Source: Myxococcota bacterium
GTDB lineage: Bacteria > Myxococcota_A > UBA9160 > PR03
Direction: 5' to 3'
Length of the DNA stretch: 55,299 bases
Assembly (NCBI GenBank): GCA_041577695.1
Contig: JBFGIM010000002.1
Span: 1 to 55,299, forward strand
Below the pieces are notes generated by a model. That model had not been told where the DNA came from and did not search any database. It was given only the letters and a program-made list of their open reading frames with translations. This document shows, piece after piece, positions 41,836 through 51,919 of the stretch (position 1 is the stretch's first letter; each line of letters starts with the position of its first letter). Made by a program: the position numbers and the translations under genes.

Positions 41836-44577
41836 TCAGCGCCGGGTCCTCCGGCGCGCCGGGGCGCGTCGCGGGCGCGCCGGGCGCTTGCTGCGCGGCG
41901 GCTTGGGCGCCGGAGCGCGCAGCGCCGCCTGGGCCGCGGCCAGCCTCGCAACGGGCACGCGGAAGGGCGAGCAGGACACGTAGTCGATCCCGATCTCGTG
42001 GCAGAAGGCGACGCTCTTGGGATCGCCACCGTGCTCGCCGCAGAGGCCCACCTTCAGATCGGGGTGCGTCTCGCGGCCCTTGGCAACTCCGATCCGCACC
42101 AGCTCGCCGATTCCGTCCGGATCGATCGAGACGAAGGGATCGTCCTCGAGGATGCCGGTCTCCATGTACTCGGGCAGGAACTTGCCGACATCGTCGCGCG
42201 ACAGCGCGTAGGCCATCTGGGTCAGGTCGTTGGTGCCAAAGGAGAAGAAGTCGGCGTGTCTGGCGATGGCGTCGGCGGTGAGAGCGGCGCGCGGCACCTC
42301 GATCATGGAGCCGATCTGGATCTTCACACCCTTGGCTCCGGCCACCACCCGCGCGACCTCGTTCTGCACCAACGCGCGCAGACGCTCCAGCTCTCCGACG
42401 TGGGACACCAGGGGGATCATGATCTCGGGACGCACCTTCACGCCGGTCTCGGCCACGCGGCAGGCGGCCTCGGCGATGGCGCGCGCCTGCATCTGGTAGA
42501 TCTCCGGAAAGGTGATGCCGAGTCGGCAGCCGCGGTGCCCCAGCATGGGGTTGAACTCCCTGCGCTCCTCGACACTGGCGCGCACCGTGGCCAGGTCGCT
42601 GCCCAGGGCCTCCGCCACCTCGCGGATACCTTCCTCCTCGTGGGGAAGGAACTCGTGCAGCGGCGGGTCGAGCAGCCGGATCGTGACCGGCAGACCCGCC
42701 ATGGCGCGGAAGATCCCCTCGAAGTCGCCGCGCTGCATCGGCAGCAGCTTCTCCAGCGCGCGGCGGCGTTGGTGCTCGTCGGTGGCCAGGATCATCCCGC
42801 GCACGACGAGGATGCGATCCTCCTCGAAGAACATGTGCTCGGTGCGACAGAGGCCGATGCCCTCGGCGCCGAACTCGCGCGCCACCTTGGCGTCGTGGGG
42901 CGTGTCGGCGTTGGTTCTCACCGCCAGACGGCGAGCCTTGTCGGCCCAGCGCATCAGCTGGCCGAACTCGGCGCCCAGCTCCGGGGTCACCGTGGCGACG
43001 CGGCCCAGGATGACCTCGCCACTGCCGCCGTCGATGGTGAGCTCGTCACCCGCCTTCACCACGCGGTCTTCCACGCGCATCTCGTTGGCCTCGTAGTCGA
43101 TGCGCAGGGTGCCGCAGCCCACCACGCAGCACTTGCCCATGCCGCGGGCCACCACCGCCGCGTGGGAAGTCATGCCGCCCCGCGCGGTCAGGATCCCCTC
43201 GGCAGCGTGCATGCCGTGGATGTCTTCGGGCGAGGTCTCGATCCGCACCAGAACGATCTTCTCACCGGCCCGCGCGCGCGCCTCGGCCTCGTCGGCGGAG
43301 AAGACCACGTTGCCACAGACGGCGCCCGGCGAAGCCGGCAGGCCTTTCGCGATCACCTGCTTGGTCGCTTCCGGGTCGAGCGTGGGATGCAGCAGCTGCT
43401 CCAGGCTGCTGGGTTCCACGCGCAACACCGCCTCGTTTTGGGTGATCAGCCGCTCGCGGACCATGTCGACCGCGATCTTGACCGCCGAGCGCACGGTGCG
43501 CTTTCCAGTGCGGGTCTGGAGCATCCAGAGCTTGCCGCTCTGGATGGTGAACTCGAGATCCTGCATGTCTCGGTAGTGGCGCTCGAGGGTGCGGCGATTG
43601 CGCAGCAGCTCGCGGTAGGCGCGCGGCATCTCCTCTTCGAGGGTGGGCAGGTGGGCGTGGTCGGGGCTGCGGCTCTCCTTGTTGAGCGGCTGCGGCGTGC
43701 GGATTCCCGCCACCACGTCCTCGCCCTGGGCGTTCTTCAGGTACTCCCCGTAGAAGATGCGCGCCCCGGTGGAGGGATCGCGGGTGAAGGCTACGCCGGT
43801 GGCGCAGTCGTCGCCCATGTTGCCGAAGACCATCGACTGCACGTTGACCGCGGTGCCCCAGTCGTTGGCGATGTCGTTGAGCCGGCGATAGCGGACGGCG
43901 CGCGGGTTGCCCCATGAGCGGAATACCGCTCCGATCGCACCCCAGAGCTGCTCCTCGGGATCCTGGGTGAAAGGCGTGCCCGTCTCCTCTTCGACGATCT
44001 CGAGATACTCGGCCACCAGGCCGCGCCAGTCGTCCGCCGAGAGCTCGGTGTCCAGCATCGTGCCGCGCCGGCTCTTCAGCAGCTCGAGCCGGTGCTCGAA
44101 ACGGTCGTGGGGCACGCCGAGCACGACGTTGCCGTACATCTGGACGAAGCGGCGATAGCTATCGTAGGCGAAGCGCCCATCCGCCTGGCGGGACAGGCCC
44201 TCGACGGTGATGTCGTTCAGGCCCAGGTTGAGCACGGTATCCATCATGCCTGGCATCGACACCCGCGCGCCCGAGCGGACCGACAGCAGCAGCGGCCGGT
44301 CGCGGTCGCCGAAGCCCGCCTCCATCACGCGCTCCACCTTGCGCAGCACGCGGCGCACCTCGGTCTCCAGGGACCGGGGCATGCGACCGCCGCGCCCCTC
44401 GTACTCGGCGCACACCTCGGTCGCGATGGTGAAGCCCGGCGGAACCGGCAGCCCCAGCCGGGTCATCTCGGCCAGGTTGGCCCCCTTGCCGCCCAGCGTG
44501 TTGCGCAGGCTGGCGCGGCCGTCGGCCTTGCCGTCGCCGAAGAAGTAGACGCGCCGCTTGGTGCGCTTGGCGGTCAC
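41836..44577 (-). CDS. ppdK: pyruvate, phosphate dikinase
   Basis: GTG at 44577 overlaps the glyQS stop (GTGA). Motifs GGKGANLAEM, GGMTSHAAVVARGMG (catalytic His), GLCRTEHMF, CGEHGGDP. Confidence 0.95.
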   Translation of the reverse strand: MTAKRTKRRVYFFGDGKADGRASLRNTLGGKGANLAEMTRLGLPVPPGFTIATEVCAEYEGRGGRMPRSLETEVRRVLRKVERVMEAGFGDRDRPLLLSVRSGARVSMPGMMDTVLNLGLNDITVEGLSRQADGRFAYDSYRRFVQMYGNVVLGVPHDRFEHRLELLKSRRGTMLDTELSADDWRGLVAEYLEIVEEETGTPFTQDPEEQLWGAIGAVFRSWGNPRAVRYRRLNDIANDWGTAVNVQSMVFGNMGDDCATGVAFTRDPSTGARIFYGEYLKNAQGEDVVAGIRTPQPLNKESRSPDHAHLPTLEEEMPRAYRELLRNRRTLERHYRDMQDLEFTIQSGKLWMLQTRTGKRTVRSAVKIAVDMVRERLITQNEAVLRVEPSSLEQLLHPTLDPEATKQVIAKGLPASPGAVCGNVVFSADEAEARARAGEKIVLVRIETSPEDIHGMHAAEGILTARGGMTSHAAVVARGMGKCCVVGCGTLRIDYEANEMRVEDRVVKAGDELTIDGGSGEVILGRVATVTPELGAEFGQLMRWADKARRLAVRTNADTPHDAKVAREFGAEGIGLCRTEHMFFEEDRILVVRGMILATDEHQRRRALEKLLPMQRGDFEGIFRAMAGLPVTIRLLDPPLHEFLPHEEEGIREVAEALGSDLATVRASVEERREFNPMLGHRGCRLGITFPEIYQMQARAIAEAACRVAETGVKVRPEIMIPLVSHVGELERLRALVQNEVARVVAGAKGVKIQIGSMIEVPRAALTADAIARHADFFSFGTNDLTQMAYALSRDDVGKFLPEYMETGILEDDPFVSIDPDGIGELVRIGVAKGRETHPDLKVGLCGEHGGDPKSVAFCHEIGIDYVSCSPFRVPVARLAAAQAALRAPAPKPPRSKRPARPRRAPARRRTRR

Positions 44578-45944
44578 CGCTCGTCCTCCAGCCGGTCTCG
44601 CAGGTAGGTGGAGATGGCGTCGATGGCGATCCGCTCCTGGGACATGCTGTCGCGCTCGCGCACCGTGACGCACGTGTCCGTCTCCGAGTCGAAATCGTAG
44701 GTGACGCAGAAGGGAGTGCCCGCCTCGTCCTGGCGCCGATAGCGCCGGCCGATGTTGCCGGACTCGTCGTAGAAGACCGCGTGGTGGCGACGCAGGTCGG
44801 CAGCAATGCGCCGTGCCGCCTCGCCGAGCTTCTTCGAGAGCGGCAGCACCGCCACCTGGATCGGCGCCAGCGCCGGGTGCAGCCGTAGCACGGTGCGGCT
44901 TTCGCCGCCCTCGAGCGCCTCCTCCTGGTAACCATTCACCAGCAGCGCCAGGCAGGTGCGATCCACGCCCACCGAGGTCTCGATGACGCAGGGGTGATAG
45001 CGCTCCTTGGTCTCCTCGTCGGTATGGCTGAGATCCTTGCCCGAGTACTCGCTGTGGCGGCGCAGGTCCCAGTCGCCCCGATCGTGGATGCCTTCGATCT
45101 CCTGCCACCCGAACGGGAACAGGAATTCCACATCGCTGGCCTGGCGCGCGTAGTGGGCGAGCTCGTCGGGCTCGTGGGGGCGCACCCGCAGCCGGTCGTC
45201 GGCGAAGCCCAGCTCGCGGTGGAAGGCCAGTCGCTGCTCCAGCCAGTGGTCGAACCAGCGCTGGCGTTCGCCGGGCGCGACGAAGAACTCGAGCTCGGCC
45301 TGCTCGAACTCGCGCGAGCGGAACGTGAAGTTGCGCGGATTGATCTCGTTGCGGAACGCCTTGCCGATCTGCGCGATGCCGAACGGGATCTTCTGCCGCG
45401 CGCTCTCGCGCACCCGCTTGAAGTCGAGGAAGATCGACTGGCAGGTCTCGGCGCGCAGGAACGCCACGCTCGACGCGTCCTCGGAAGCGCCCACGTGGGT
45501 CTGGAGCATCAGGTTGAAGCTGCGCGGATCGGTCAGCTCGCAATCGGTCAGCTGGCGCTGGGCCGGGGCCTCGGGGCACGGCTGACCCTCGAGCTGGTCG
45601 GCCCGGAAGCGGCGCTTGCAGGTGCGGCAGTCGACCATCGGATCGCTGAAGTGCTCGACGTGGCCGGACGCCTCCCAGGTGCGCGGATGCGCGATGATCG
45701 AGGAGTCGAGACCCTCGACGTCGTCGCGCTCGCGCACCACGCGCTGCCACCACAGGGCCTTCAGGTTGTTCTTCAGCTCGACCCCGAGCGGACCGTAGTC
45801 CCAGAAGCCGTTGATCCCGCCGTAGATCTCGCTGGACTGCCAGATGAAGCCGCGCCGGGCGCAGAGCGACACCACGTCTTCCATGCGAGCCGGGGACGAC
45901 CCGGCGTGCGACGGGGCCGGCTGGACTTCCGCGTCGGCGGTCAT
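44574..45944 (-). CDS. glyQS: glycine--tRNA ligase (alpha2, GlyQS type)
   Basis: RRGFIWQSSEIYGGINGFWDYGPLG, FRNEI.PR..FRSREFEQAE, and a C-terminal anticodon-binding domain. ATG at 45944 is preceded by GAGGAG. Confidence 0.95.
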   Translation of the reverse strand: MTADAEVQPAPSHAGSSPARMEDVVSLCARRGFIWQSSEIYGGINGFWDYGPLGVELKNNLKALWWQRVVRERDDVEGLDSSIIAHPRTWEASGHVEHFSDPMVDCRTCKRRFRADQLEGQPCPEAPAQRQLTDCELTDPRSFNLMLQTHVGASEDASSVAFLRAETCQSIFLDFKRVRESARQKIPFGIAQIGKAFRNEINPRNFTFRSREFEQAELEFFVAPGERQRWFDHWLEQRLAFHRELGFADDRLRVRPHEPDELAHYARQASDVEFLFPFGWQEIEGIHDRGDWDLRRHSEYSGKDLSHTDEETKERYHPCVIETSVGVDRTCLALLVNGYQEEALEGGESRTVLRLHPALAPIQVAVLPLSKKLGEAARRIAADLRRHHAVFYDESGNIGRRYRRQDEAGTPFCVTYDFDSETDTCVTVRERDSMSQERIAIDAISTYLRDRLEDER

Positions 45945-46043
45945 GGGCGCTCCTCGAGGGCCGGCCCGGGCGAAAGCACCCGTCGAGAACGGGCCGGCTC
46001 GGGAGGCGAGGTCGGGGGATGGTTGCCTCCGTCCCCGGAGGTG

Positions 46044-46832
46044 TCAAGCCGTCGCGCGCCCCGCGGGCTCGGCCAGCATCGCGTCGAGAATGCGCTCGCT
46101 GCGCAGCTCCAACCCGACATGGAAGCGCAGGAAGCGCGCGAGGAGCACGCGCGCCTCGGCGAGCGCCGAGGCGGACAGCGACAGGCGCTCCAGATGTGCG
46201 AGGGGCAACGCCAGGCTGCGATCGAGCGCGCGCAGCGTCCCCAGGTGGACGGTGACCAGCGCGTCGGCCACCGCGCTGCACTCGCCGCACAGCGGGCCGC
46301 CCTCCCCCACGTGGAAGTCGATGCGCGCCTGGCTGCCGGGATCGCGGCCGCAGCGCACGCAGCGGCGCAGCTCGGGACGCAGGCCGAGGGCGTCGAGCAG
46401 GCGGAGCTCGAGCAGCACGCGCAGCCGGCCGTCGGGTGCGCGCTCGGCGACGGCGCGGAGCACGGCCAGGGTCGTCTCGAAGAGGCTGCGCGCCTCGGCA
46501 CCGCCGGCGCCTTCGGGCGCGAGCCGACCGACCAGCTCCACCAGATAGGATCCCAGTGCGAAGCGTCGCGGGTCGCGCCGCAGCGCGGGAAACGCATCGA
46601 CCAGCCGCGCCTGTTCGAGCCGCGCCATCGACTGGGGTCGGCGCCGTTCGGCGCGGATCCGGATCCGGTTCATCAGGTCGATTGCGCCCGAGAAGCGTTT
46701 GTGGCTTCGCTTGGCCCCCTTGGCGATGGCGGTGAGCCGGGCCGTGGCCGGCGTGAGCAGGTGGAGCACGACGTCCGACTCGCCGAACTCGACCACCCGC
46801 AGCACCAGGGCGTCGGTCTCGAGGGTCGCCAC
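46044..46832 (-). CDS. recO: DNA repair protein RecO
   Basis: GTG start. DALVLRVVEFGESDVVLHLLT OB-fold N-terminus and the CVRCG...CGEC zinc motif. Confidence 0.9.
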   Translation of the reverse strand: MATLETDALVLRVVEFGESDVVLHLLTPATARLTAIAKGAKRSHKRFSGAIDLMNRIRIRAERRRPQSMARLEQARLVDAFPALRRDPRRFALGSYLVELVGRLAPEGAGGAEARSLFETTLAVLRAVAERAPDGRLRVLLELRLLDALGLRPELRRCVRCGRDPGSQARIDFHVGEGGPLCGECSAVADALVTVHLGTLRALDRSLALPLAHLERLSLSASALAEARVLLARFLRFHVGLELRSERILDAMLAEPAGRATA

Positions 46833-46837
46833 GGCTG

Positions 46838-47437
46838 CTAGGGCCCGGGCTCGGCCGGCGCGGGGGGGGCGGCGTCCCCAGGGCTCTCCGGCGGCGGAGC
46901 CTCGGCCGGGGTCGGCTCCTGGGGCTGGCTGCCCACCTCGCTCGCCAGCTCGCGCACCGCGTCACGCCGGTAGATCCAGTCGCCCGTGGGCCGCGGCGCC
47001 TCCGAGCCGGCCGGCGCGGTCCAGGCGATCCACAGGGCGTAGCCGCCGGCGATCGCCACCACGGCGAAGGCTCCGAGCACCAATCGCAGGCCGATGCGAG
47101 CGCCCACGCCGGCGCTTGCGGCCGAGGCGTCCACCTCGGGCAGCATGCGCGACAGGGTCTCCTCTGGAGGCAGGCCCAGCGCGCGGGCCACGGTCCGCAC
47201 GAAGCCGCGCACGAAGCCGTCGGGATCGTCGTCGAAGGCGCCGGACTCGAGCCGCTCGAGCGAGCGCAGCGGGATTCGGGTGGTGGCGGACAGCTCCTGG
47301 AGGCTGATGCCCCGCAGCCTCCGCTCGCGAGCCAGGTGGCGTCCGATCGATTCGACGGCACCCGGCGCCGAGGGCCCACCGGGTCCGTCGGGTGCTACTT
47401 CAGGCGCTCCAGGCTTTCCTCGCTGCGTTTGCCCCAT
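46838..47437 (-). CDS. RodZ-like HTH + single-TM protein
   Basis: XRE-type HTH IGRHLARERRLRGISLQELSATTRIPLRSLERLE, FVRGFVR motif, TM IGLRLVLGAFAVVAIAGGYALWIAW, Pro-rich tail. ATG at 47437 is the only in-frame start and overlaps the upstream gene by 43 nt. Confidence 0.7.
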   Translation of the reverse strand: MGQTQRGKPGAPEVAPDGPGGPSAPGAVESIGRHLARERRLRGISLQELSATTRIPLRSLERLESGAFDDDPDGFVRGFVRTVARALGLPPEETLSRMLPEVDASAASAGVGARIGLRLVLGAFAVVAIAGGYALWIAWTAPAGSEAPRPTGDWIYRRDAVRELASEVGSQPQEPTPAEAPPPESPGDAAPPAPAEPGP

Positions 47438-48201
47438 GTTCCGTCGGGCCGCTGATCGCGTGCCTGGCTCAGGTGGACGATGGCACGCTGGCGCTCCCCG
47501 AGTGCCTCGTGGATCTCGGCCAGACGATAGTGCACTTCGGACTCGGCGTGCGGACCGGGCTGGTCCGCCAGGACTTCTTCGAGCAGCTCGATGGCGAGCT
47601 TGGGATTCCCCGCCGCCGCCTCGACGATGCCGAGATTGAGCCGGGCTCGCCAGTAGTGCGAACGGTAGTCGAGGGCCCGGGTCAGCTCGCGACGCGCGTC
47701 TTCGAAGCGACCCAGCTTGTAGGCGGCCCAGCCGAGATTGGTGTGGGCCGTCCAGGGAGCGTCGAAGGTGGCGTCGTCGATCAGCATCTGGAGCTGCGCG
47801 ATCGCCTGCTCGTAGCGCTCGGTCTGGATGTAGAAGGCGGCCAGGTTGTTGCGGGCGCTGTGCATGCTGGGTGCGATCTCGAGGGTCCGGAGCAGGTGCT
47901 CCTCGGCCTCGGGCATGCGGCCTCGATACCAGTAGGCCTGAGCCAGGGCCAGGTGTACCGAGGCTTCGCTCGGTGTGAGCCGTGCCGCCTGGAGCAGCTC
48001 GCGGATGGCCGCGCCCGGCTTTCCCTCCTGCAGGTAGGCCGCGCCCAGGTCGTAGTGCACCTGCGAGCGCCGGGCGGCGTCGATCCTGGCCTGCTCCTCG
48101 GCGCTGGGCGCAGGCGCGCGAGCGGGACCGGTGGCGCAGCCGGCCTGCGCCAGGGCGATGACAACGAACGGCGCGATCAAGCGGCTTCGGATGCGGAACA
48201 C
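47395..48201 (-). CDS. TPR lipoprotein (PilW/PilF/Tgl-like)
   Basis: GTG start. Lipobox LAQAGC. About 6 TPR units. Sitting directly upstream of a RodZ-like gene is the pilF(pilW)-rodZ synteny known from proteobacteria. Confidence 0.75.
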   Translation of the reverse strand: MFRIRSRLIAPFVVIALAQAGCATGPARAPAPSAEEQARIDAARRSQVHYDLGAAYLQEGKPGAAIRELLQAARLTPSEASVHLALAQAYWYRGRMPEAEEHLLRTLEIAPSMHSARNNLAAFYIQTERYEQAIAQLQMLIDDATFDAPWTAHTNLGWAAYKLGRFEDARRELTRALDYRSHYWRARLNLGIVEAAAGNPKLAIELLEEVLADQPGPHAESEVHYRLAEIHEALGERQRAIVHLSQARDQRPDGTWGKRSEESLERLK

Positions 48202-48229
48202 TTCGATCCCTCCTGATGGGAAGCAGGTT

Positions 48230-48871
48230 TCAGAACCAAGAGCGCAGTCTCAGCACGGGTCCCGGGGCCTCGCTCTGTGCCCTCCGGCGCACCGGACGCA
48301 CCCGACCCAGCAGCCGGCGACCCAGTCCCAGCACGCTGCGCGGCTTCGCTGCGGTCTCCGGCGCGACCTCGGCCCTGGCCGGCTCGGCGCGTTCCACGGG
48401 CGCGGGACCGGGAACCCGCAGGCGGAACCGGCTCAACGAGACGGGAGGCGGCGGCTCGCGGGCGGCCAGCTCGTCCAGGAGGATCTCGGCACCGACGGCG
48501 TCGGCGGTGTCTCCCAGCAGCTCGCCGAGAGTCGCCAGCGTCTCGGCGCCCTCCTTCGAGGCCGCGTCGAGCTGGGCCTCGTCGTCGAACAGGAAGCCCA
48601 TGCTCTCGGCGAAGGAGAGGCTGGCGTCGAGGGCCACATCGTCGGGCAGGTCCGGCTCCTCCAGGCGGTAGAGCGCCGGGCGGCCTTCGCGCACCGGCCG
48701 CACCACCACGGTGTGGAACCGTACGCCGCCCTCGCGGTGCACCACGATCGCCGCGCGCGCCGGACCGGGCGCGACCTCGGCCGTCGAGACCACCGGCTGG
48801 TTGAGCGAGAAGCGCACCAGCTCGAGCTGGCCCGGAGCGAGGTCCAGGGGCTGGCTGAGCGGACTGAACAT
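48230..48871 (-). CDS. hypothetical protein (213 aa)
   Basis: ATG at 48871 in the tail of ORF 48230..49408. GC3 is high. It has a globular N-terminal part of about 100 aa, an acidic middle and a basic C-terminus. I recognise no family. Confidence 0.55.
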   Translation of the reverse strand: MFSPLSQPLDLAPGQLELVRFSLNQPVVSTAEVAPGPARAAIVVHREGGVRFHTVVVRPVREGRPALYRLEEPDLPDDVALDASLSFAESMGFLFDDEAQLDAASKEGAETLATLGELLGDTADAVGAEILLDELAAREPPPPVSLSRFRLRVPGPAPVERAEPARAEVAPETAAKPRSVLGLGRRLLGRVRPVRRRAQSEAPGPVLRLRSWF

Positions 48872-49010
48872 GACCTCTATTCGGCGTCCGGGAGGTGCGG
48901 CTTGAGGTTCACCGAGACGCAGGGCGCCGCTGGAAGGGCCCGCGAACGCGGGAAGATTCCAGGGGAGCCTCCCCGGGGGCCTTTCGCCGCGGAAGCCGCC
49001 GGATACACTC

Positions 49011-50894
49011 GTGTCTGAGTCGGAGCGCCAGGAGCCCCGCTCGGAGAGCAGCTTGACCCAACAGGAGCGGAAACGGACGGAGCGCCTGGAGCGCGTGGCG
49101 ATCCGCTTTGCCGGCGATTCCGGCGACGGCGTCCAGCTGACCGGCACCAAGTTCACCGAGTCCACCGCCCTGGCCGGCAACGATCTCTCCACGCTGCCGG
49201 ACTTCCCGGCGGAGATCCGCGCGCCCGCCGGCACGCTGGCCGGCGTGTCGGGTTTCCAGATCCACTTCGCTTCGGATCTGGTGCGTACGGCGGGCGACCA
49301 GCCGGACGTGCTGATGGCCTTCAATCCGGCCGCCCTGCGCGCCAACATCGAGGACGTGCGCTCCGGCGGCATGGTCCTGATCAACTCGGACTCCTTCACC
49401 GAACGCACCGTGGAACGCGCGGGCTACAGCGAGGATCCGCTGCCGGCGCTGCGCGAGCGCTTCCAGCTGGTGGAGATCCCGATCACCCGGCTCAACCTCG
49501 AAGCGTTGAAGGATCTGGGTCTCTCGCAGCGCCAGGCCGCGCGCTGCAAGAACTTCTTCGCGCTGGGCTTGATGTACTGGCTCTACGATCGCCCGCTCGA
49601 ATCCACCGAGCGTTGGATCGCTTCCCGCTTCCAGGGTCCGCTCAGCGAGGCCAACCGACGCGTACTGCGCGCCGGATACCATTTCGGTGAGACCAGCGAG
49701 CTCTTCCCGGTATCCTTCGAGGTGCCGCGCGCGAAGATCGAGCCGGGCATCTATCGCAACATCACCGGCAACACCGCCCTGGCCTGGGGTGCCGTGGCGG
49801 CGAGCGTGCGCATGGAGCGCCCGCTCTTCCTGGGCGCCTACCCCAACACCCCGGCCAGCGACGTGCTGCACGAGCTGGCCAAGTTCCGCAACTTCGGCGT
49901 CAGGACGTTCCAGGCCGAAGACGAGATCGCCGCGGCCTCGGCCGCGATCGGCGCCTCCTTCGCCGGACTGCTCGGCATGACCGCGACCAGCGGCCCCGGC
50001 TTGCTGCTGAAGCAGGAGGCGCTCAACCTGGCGGTAGTGGCCGAGCTGCCGCTGGTGGTGGTGGACATCCAGCGCGCGGGCCCGTCCACCGGGATGCCCA
50101 CCAAGGTGGAACAGGCCGACCTGCTGACGGTCCTGTTCGGACGCAGCTCGGACAGCCCGATGCCGGTGCTCGCCCCCGCCACCCCGGGCGAATGCTTCGA
50201 GGTGATGCTCCAGGCCTTCCACCTGGCCGTGCGCTTCATGACGCCGGTAGCGGTGCTCTCGGACAGCTATCTGGCCAACAGCGCCGAGCCCTGGCGGATC
50301 CCCGACGTGGAGGCCCTGCCCCGCCACCCGGTCGCGTTGTGGCAGGAGGTCGAGGGGTTCGCACCCTACCGGCGCGCTCCCGAGACGCTGTCGCGCCCCT
50401 GGGCGGTGCCCGGAACGCCCGGGCTCGAGCACCGCATCGGCGGGCTCGAGAAGCAGGACGGCACCGGCAACGTGTCGTACACGCCCGAGAACCACGAGCG
50501 CATGACCCGACTGCGCCACGAGAAGGTGGCTGGCATCGCGAGCGAGCTGCCGCCGGTCGAAGTGAACGGTCCCGAGCGCGGCAAGCTGTTGGTGCTCGGC
50601 TGGGGCGGAACCTTCGGCGCCATCACGTCGGCGGTGGAGGAGGCCCGTGCGGAGGGCCGCTCGGTGTCTTCGGCCCACCTGCGGTCGTTGAATCCCTTCC
50701 CGTCCAACCAGGCCGGTGTGCTGTCTAGCTTCGAGCGGGTGCTGGTGCCGGAGCTCAACACCGGCCAGCTGGCGCGCCTGGTGCGGGCCGAGTTCCTGGT
50801 GCCGGCCCAGAGCCTGCCCAAGGTGCAGGGCCAGCCCTTCAAGGTGGCCGAGATCCGGGCCCGCATCGACGCGATGCTCGGTGAGGAGGCGTGA
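49011..50894 (+). CDS. korA: 2-oxoglutarate:ferredoxin (acceptor) oxidoreductase, alpha subunit
   Basis: GTG start. RFAGDSGDGVQLTG gamma-like N-terminus fused to the alpha domain (TSGPGL..., GPSTGMPTK). Confidence 0.9.
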   Translation: MSESERQEPRSESSLTQQERKRTERLERVAIRFAGDSGDGVQLTGTKFTESTALAGNDLSTLPDFPAEIRAPAGTLAGVSGFQIHFASDLVRTAGDQPDVLMAFNPAALRANIEDVRSGGMVLINSDSFTERTVERAGYSEDPLPALRERFQLVEIPITRLNLEALKDLGLSQRQAARCKNFFALGLMYWLYDRPLESTERWIASRFQGPLSEANRRVLRAGYHFGETSELFPVSFEVPRAKIEPGIYRNITGNTALAWGAVAASVRMERPLFLGAYPNTPASDVLHELAKFRNFGVRTFQAEDEIAAASAAIGASFAGLLGMTATSGPGLLLKQEALNLAVVAELPLVVVDIQRAGPSTGMPTKVEQADLLTVLFGRSSDSPMPVLAPATPGECFEVMLQAFHLAVRFMTPVAVLSDSYLANSAEPWRIPDVEALPRHPVALWQEVEGFAPYRRAPETLSRPWAVPGTPGLEHRIGGLEKQDGTGNVSYTPENHERMTRLRHEKVAGIASELPPVEVNGPERGKLLVLGWGGTFGAITSAVEEARAEGRSVSSAHLRSLNPFPSNQAGVLSSFERVLVPELNTGQLARLVRAEFLVPAQSLPKVQGQPFKVAEIRARIDAMLGEEA

Positions 50895-51919
50895 CGGTGG
50901 CGAGCGCGAAGCTGACCAAGCGGGACTTCGAGACCGACCAGGAAGTGCGCTGGTGCCCCGGCTGCGGCGACTACTCGGTGCTGGCCAACGTCCAGCGCGT
51001 GATGCCGGAGCTGGGCGTGGCGCGCGAGAACGTGGTGTTCGTGTCGGGCATCGGATGCTCGAGCCGCTTTCCGTACTACATGAACACCTACGGCTTCCAC
51101 ACCATCCACGGCCGCGCGCCGGCCTTCGCCACCGGCATCAAGCTGTCGCGGCCGGAGCTGTCGGTCTGGGTGATCACCGGCGACGGTGACGGCCTGTCGA
51201 TCGGCGGCAACCACCTGCTGCACGCTCTGCGCCGCAACGTGGACCTGCAGATCCTGCTGTTCAACAACCGCATCTACGGTCTCACCAAGGGCCAGTTCTC
51301 GCCCACCTCGCGGCTCGGCATGAAGAACAAGGCGGTGCCCCAGGGCGTGATCGACGCGCCGATCGACCCGCTGGCCTTCGCGCTCGGCGCCGGGGCCACC
51401 TTCGTCGCCCGCACCGTCGACGTCGATGCCAAGGGACTGCAGGACGTGCTGCGCCGCGCCCACGAGCACCGCGGCACCGCCTTCGTCGAGATCCTCCAGA
51501 ACTGCCCGGTCTACAACGACGGGGAGTGGGAGGCGATCGAGGACAAGAAGACCCGCGTCGAAGTCGGCCTGCCACTGCTGCAGGGCGAGCCGCTGGTCTA
51601 CGGACCGCCGGGGCAGCGGCGCGGCATCCGCCTCGAGCACGGCGTGCCCCAGCTGATCCCGCTGGGCGACGGCGAGGACCCGGTGGCCAAGGGGGTCAGC
51701 GTGCACGACGAGCGGCACGAGAGCCCCGGCTACGCCTTCCTGCTGGCCAGCCTGCAGCCCCCGCAATTCCCGATTCCGGTGGGGGTGTTCCGGGCGGTGG
51801 AGCGGCCCAGCTACAACGCGCTGCTCGACGGGCAGATCGCGGCAGCCACCGAGGCGCGCGGCGCCGGCGACCTGCACGAGCTGCTCCACTCGGGCGATGT
51901 CTGGACCGTCGAGGGCTGA
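50891..51919 (+). CDS. korB: 2-oxoglutarate:ferredoxin (acceptor) oxidoreductase, beta subunit
   Basis: [27 protein letters not shown] (TPP site). The start overlaps the korA stop. Confidence 0.9.
   Translation: MTVASAKLTKRDFETDQEVRWCPGCGDYSVLANVQRVMPELGVARENVVFVSGIGCSSRFPYYMNTYGFHTIHGRAPAFATGIKLSRPELSVWVITGDGDGLSIGGNHLLHALRRNVDLQILLFNNRIYGLTKGQFSPTSRLGMKNKAVPQGVIDAPIDPLAFALGAGATFVARTVDVDAKGLQDVLRRAHEHRGTAFVEILQNCPVYNDGEWEAIEDKKTRVEVGLPLLQGEPLVYGPPGQRRGIRLEHGVPQLIPLGDGEDPVAKGVSVHDERHESPGYAFLLASLQPPQFPIPVGVFRAVERPSYNALLDGQIAAATEARGAGDLHELLHSGDVWTVEG

Noticed and set aside
45945-46043. T-box riboswitch upstream of glyQS.
   Set aside because: The spacer is only about 100 nt. It has no specifier loop or T-box sequence architecture, and the lineage is not one where glyQS T-boxes are expected.
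41836-47379. A single 1847-aa ORF spanning ppdK plus upstream sequence. Likewise ORFs 3737..6007, 5586..7223, 19452..21212 and 27071..29464 have long N-terminal extensions.
   Set aside because: Only the distal parts carry family motifs and proper GC3. The extensions overlap other well-supported genes in other frames. Internal GTG/ATG starts that overlap the upstream stop were chosen instead.
47395-47437. The 43-nt overlap between the TPR lipoprotein gene and the RodZ-like gene, suspected to be a mis-called start.
   Set aside because: Kept as called. There is no other in-frame ATG/GTG/TTG between 47437 and the HTH motif, so a later start is not available. A sequencing error cannot be excluded.
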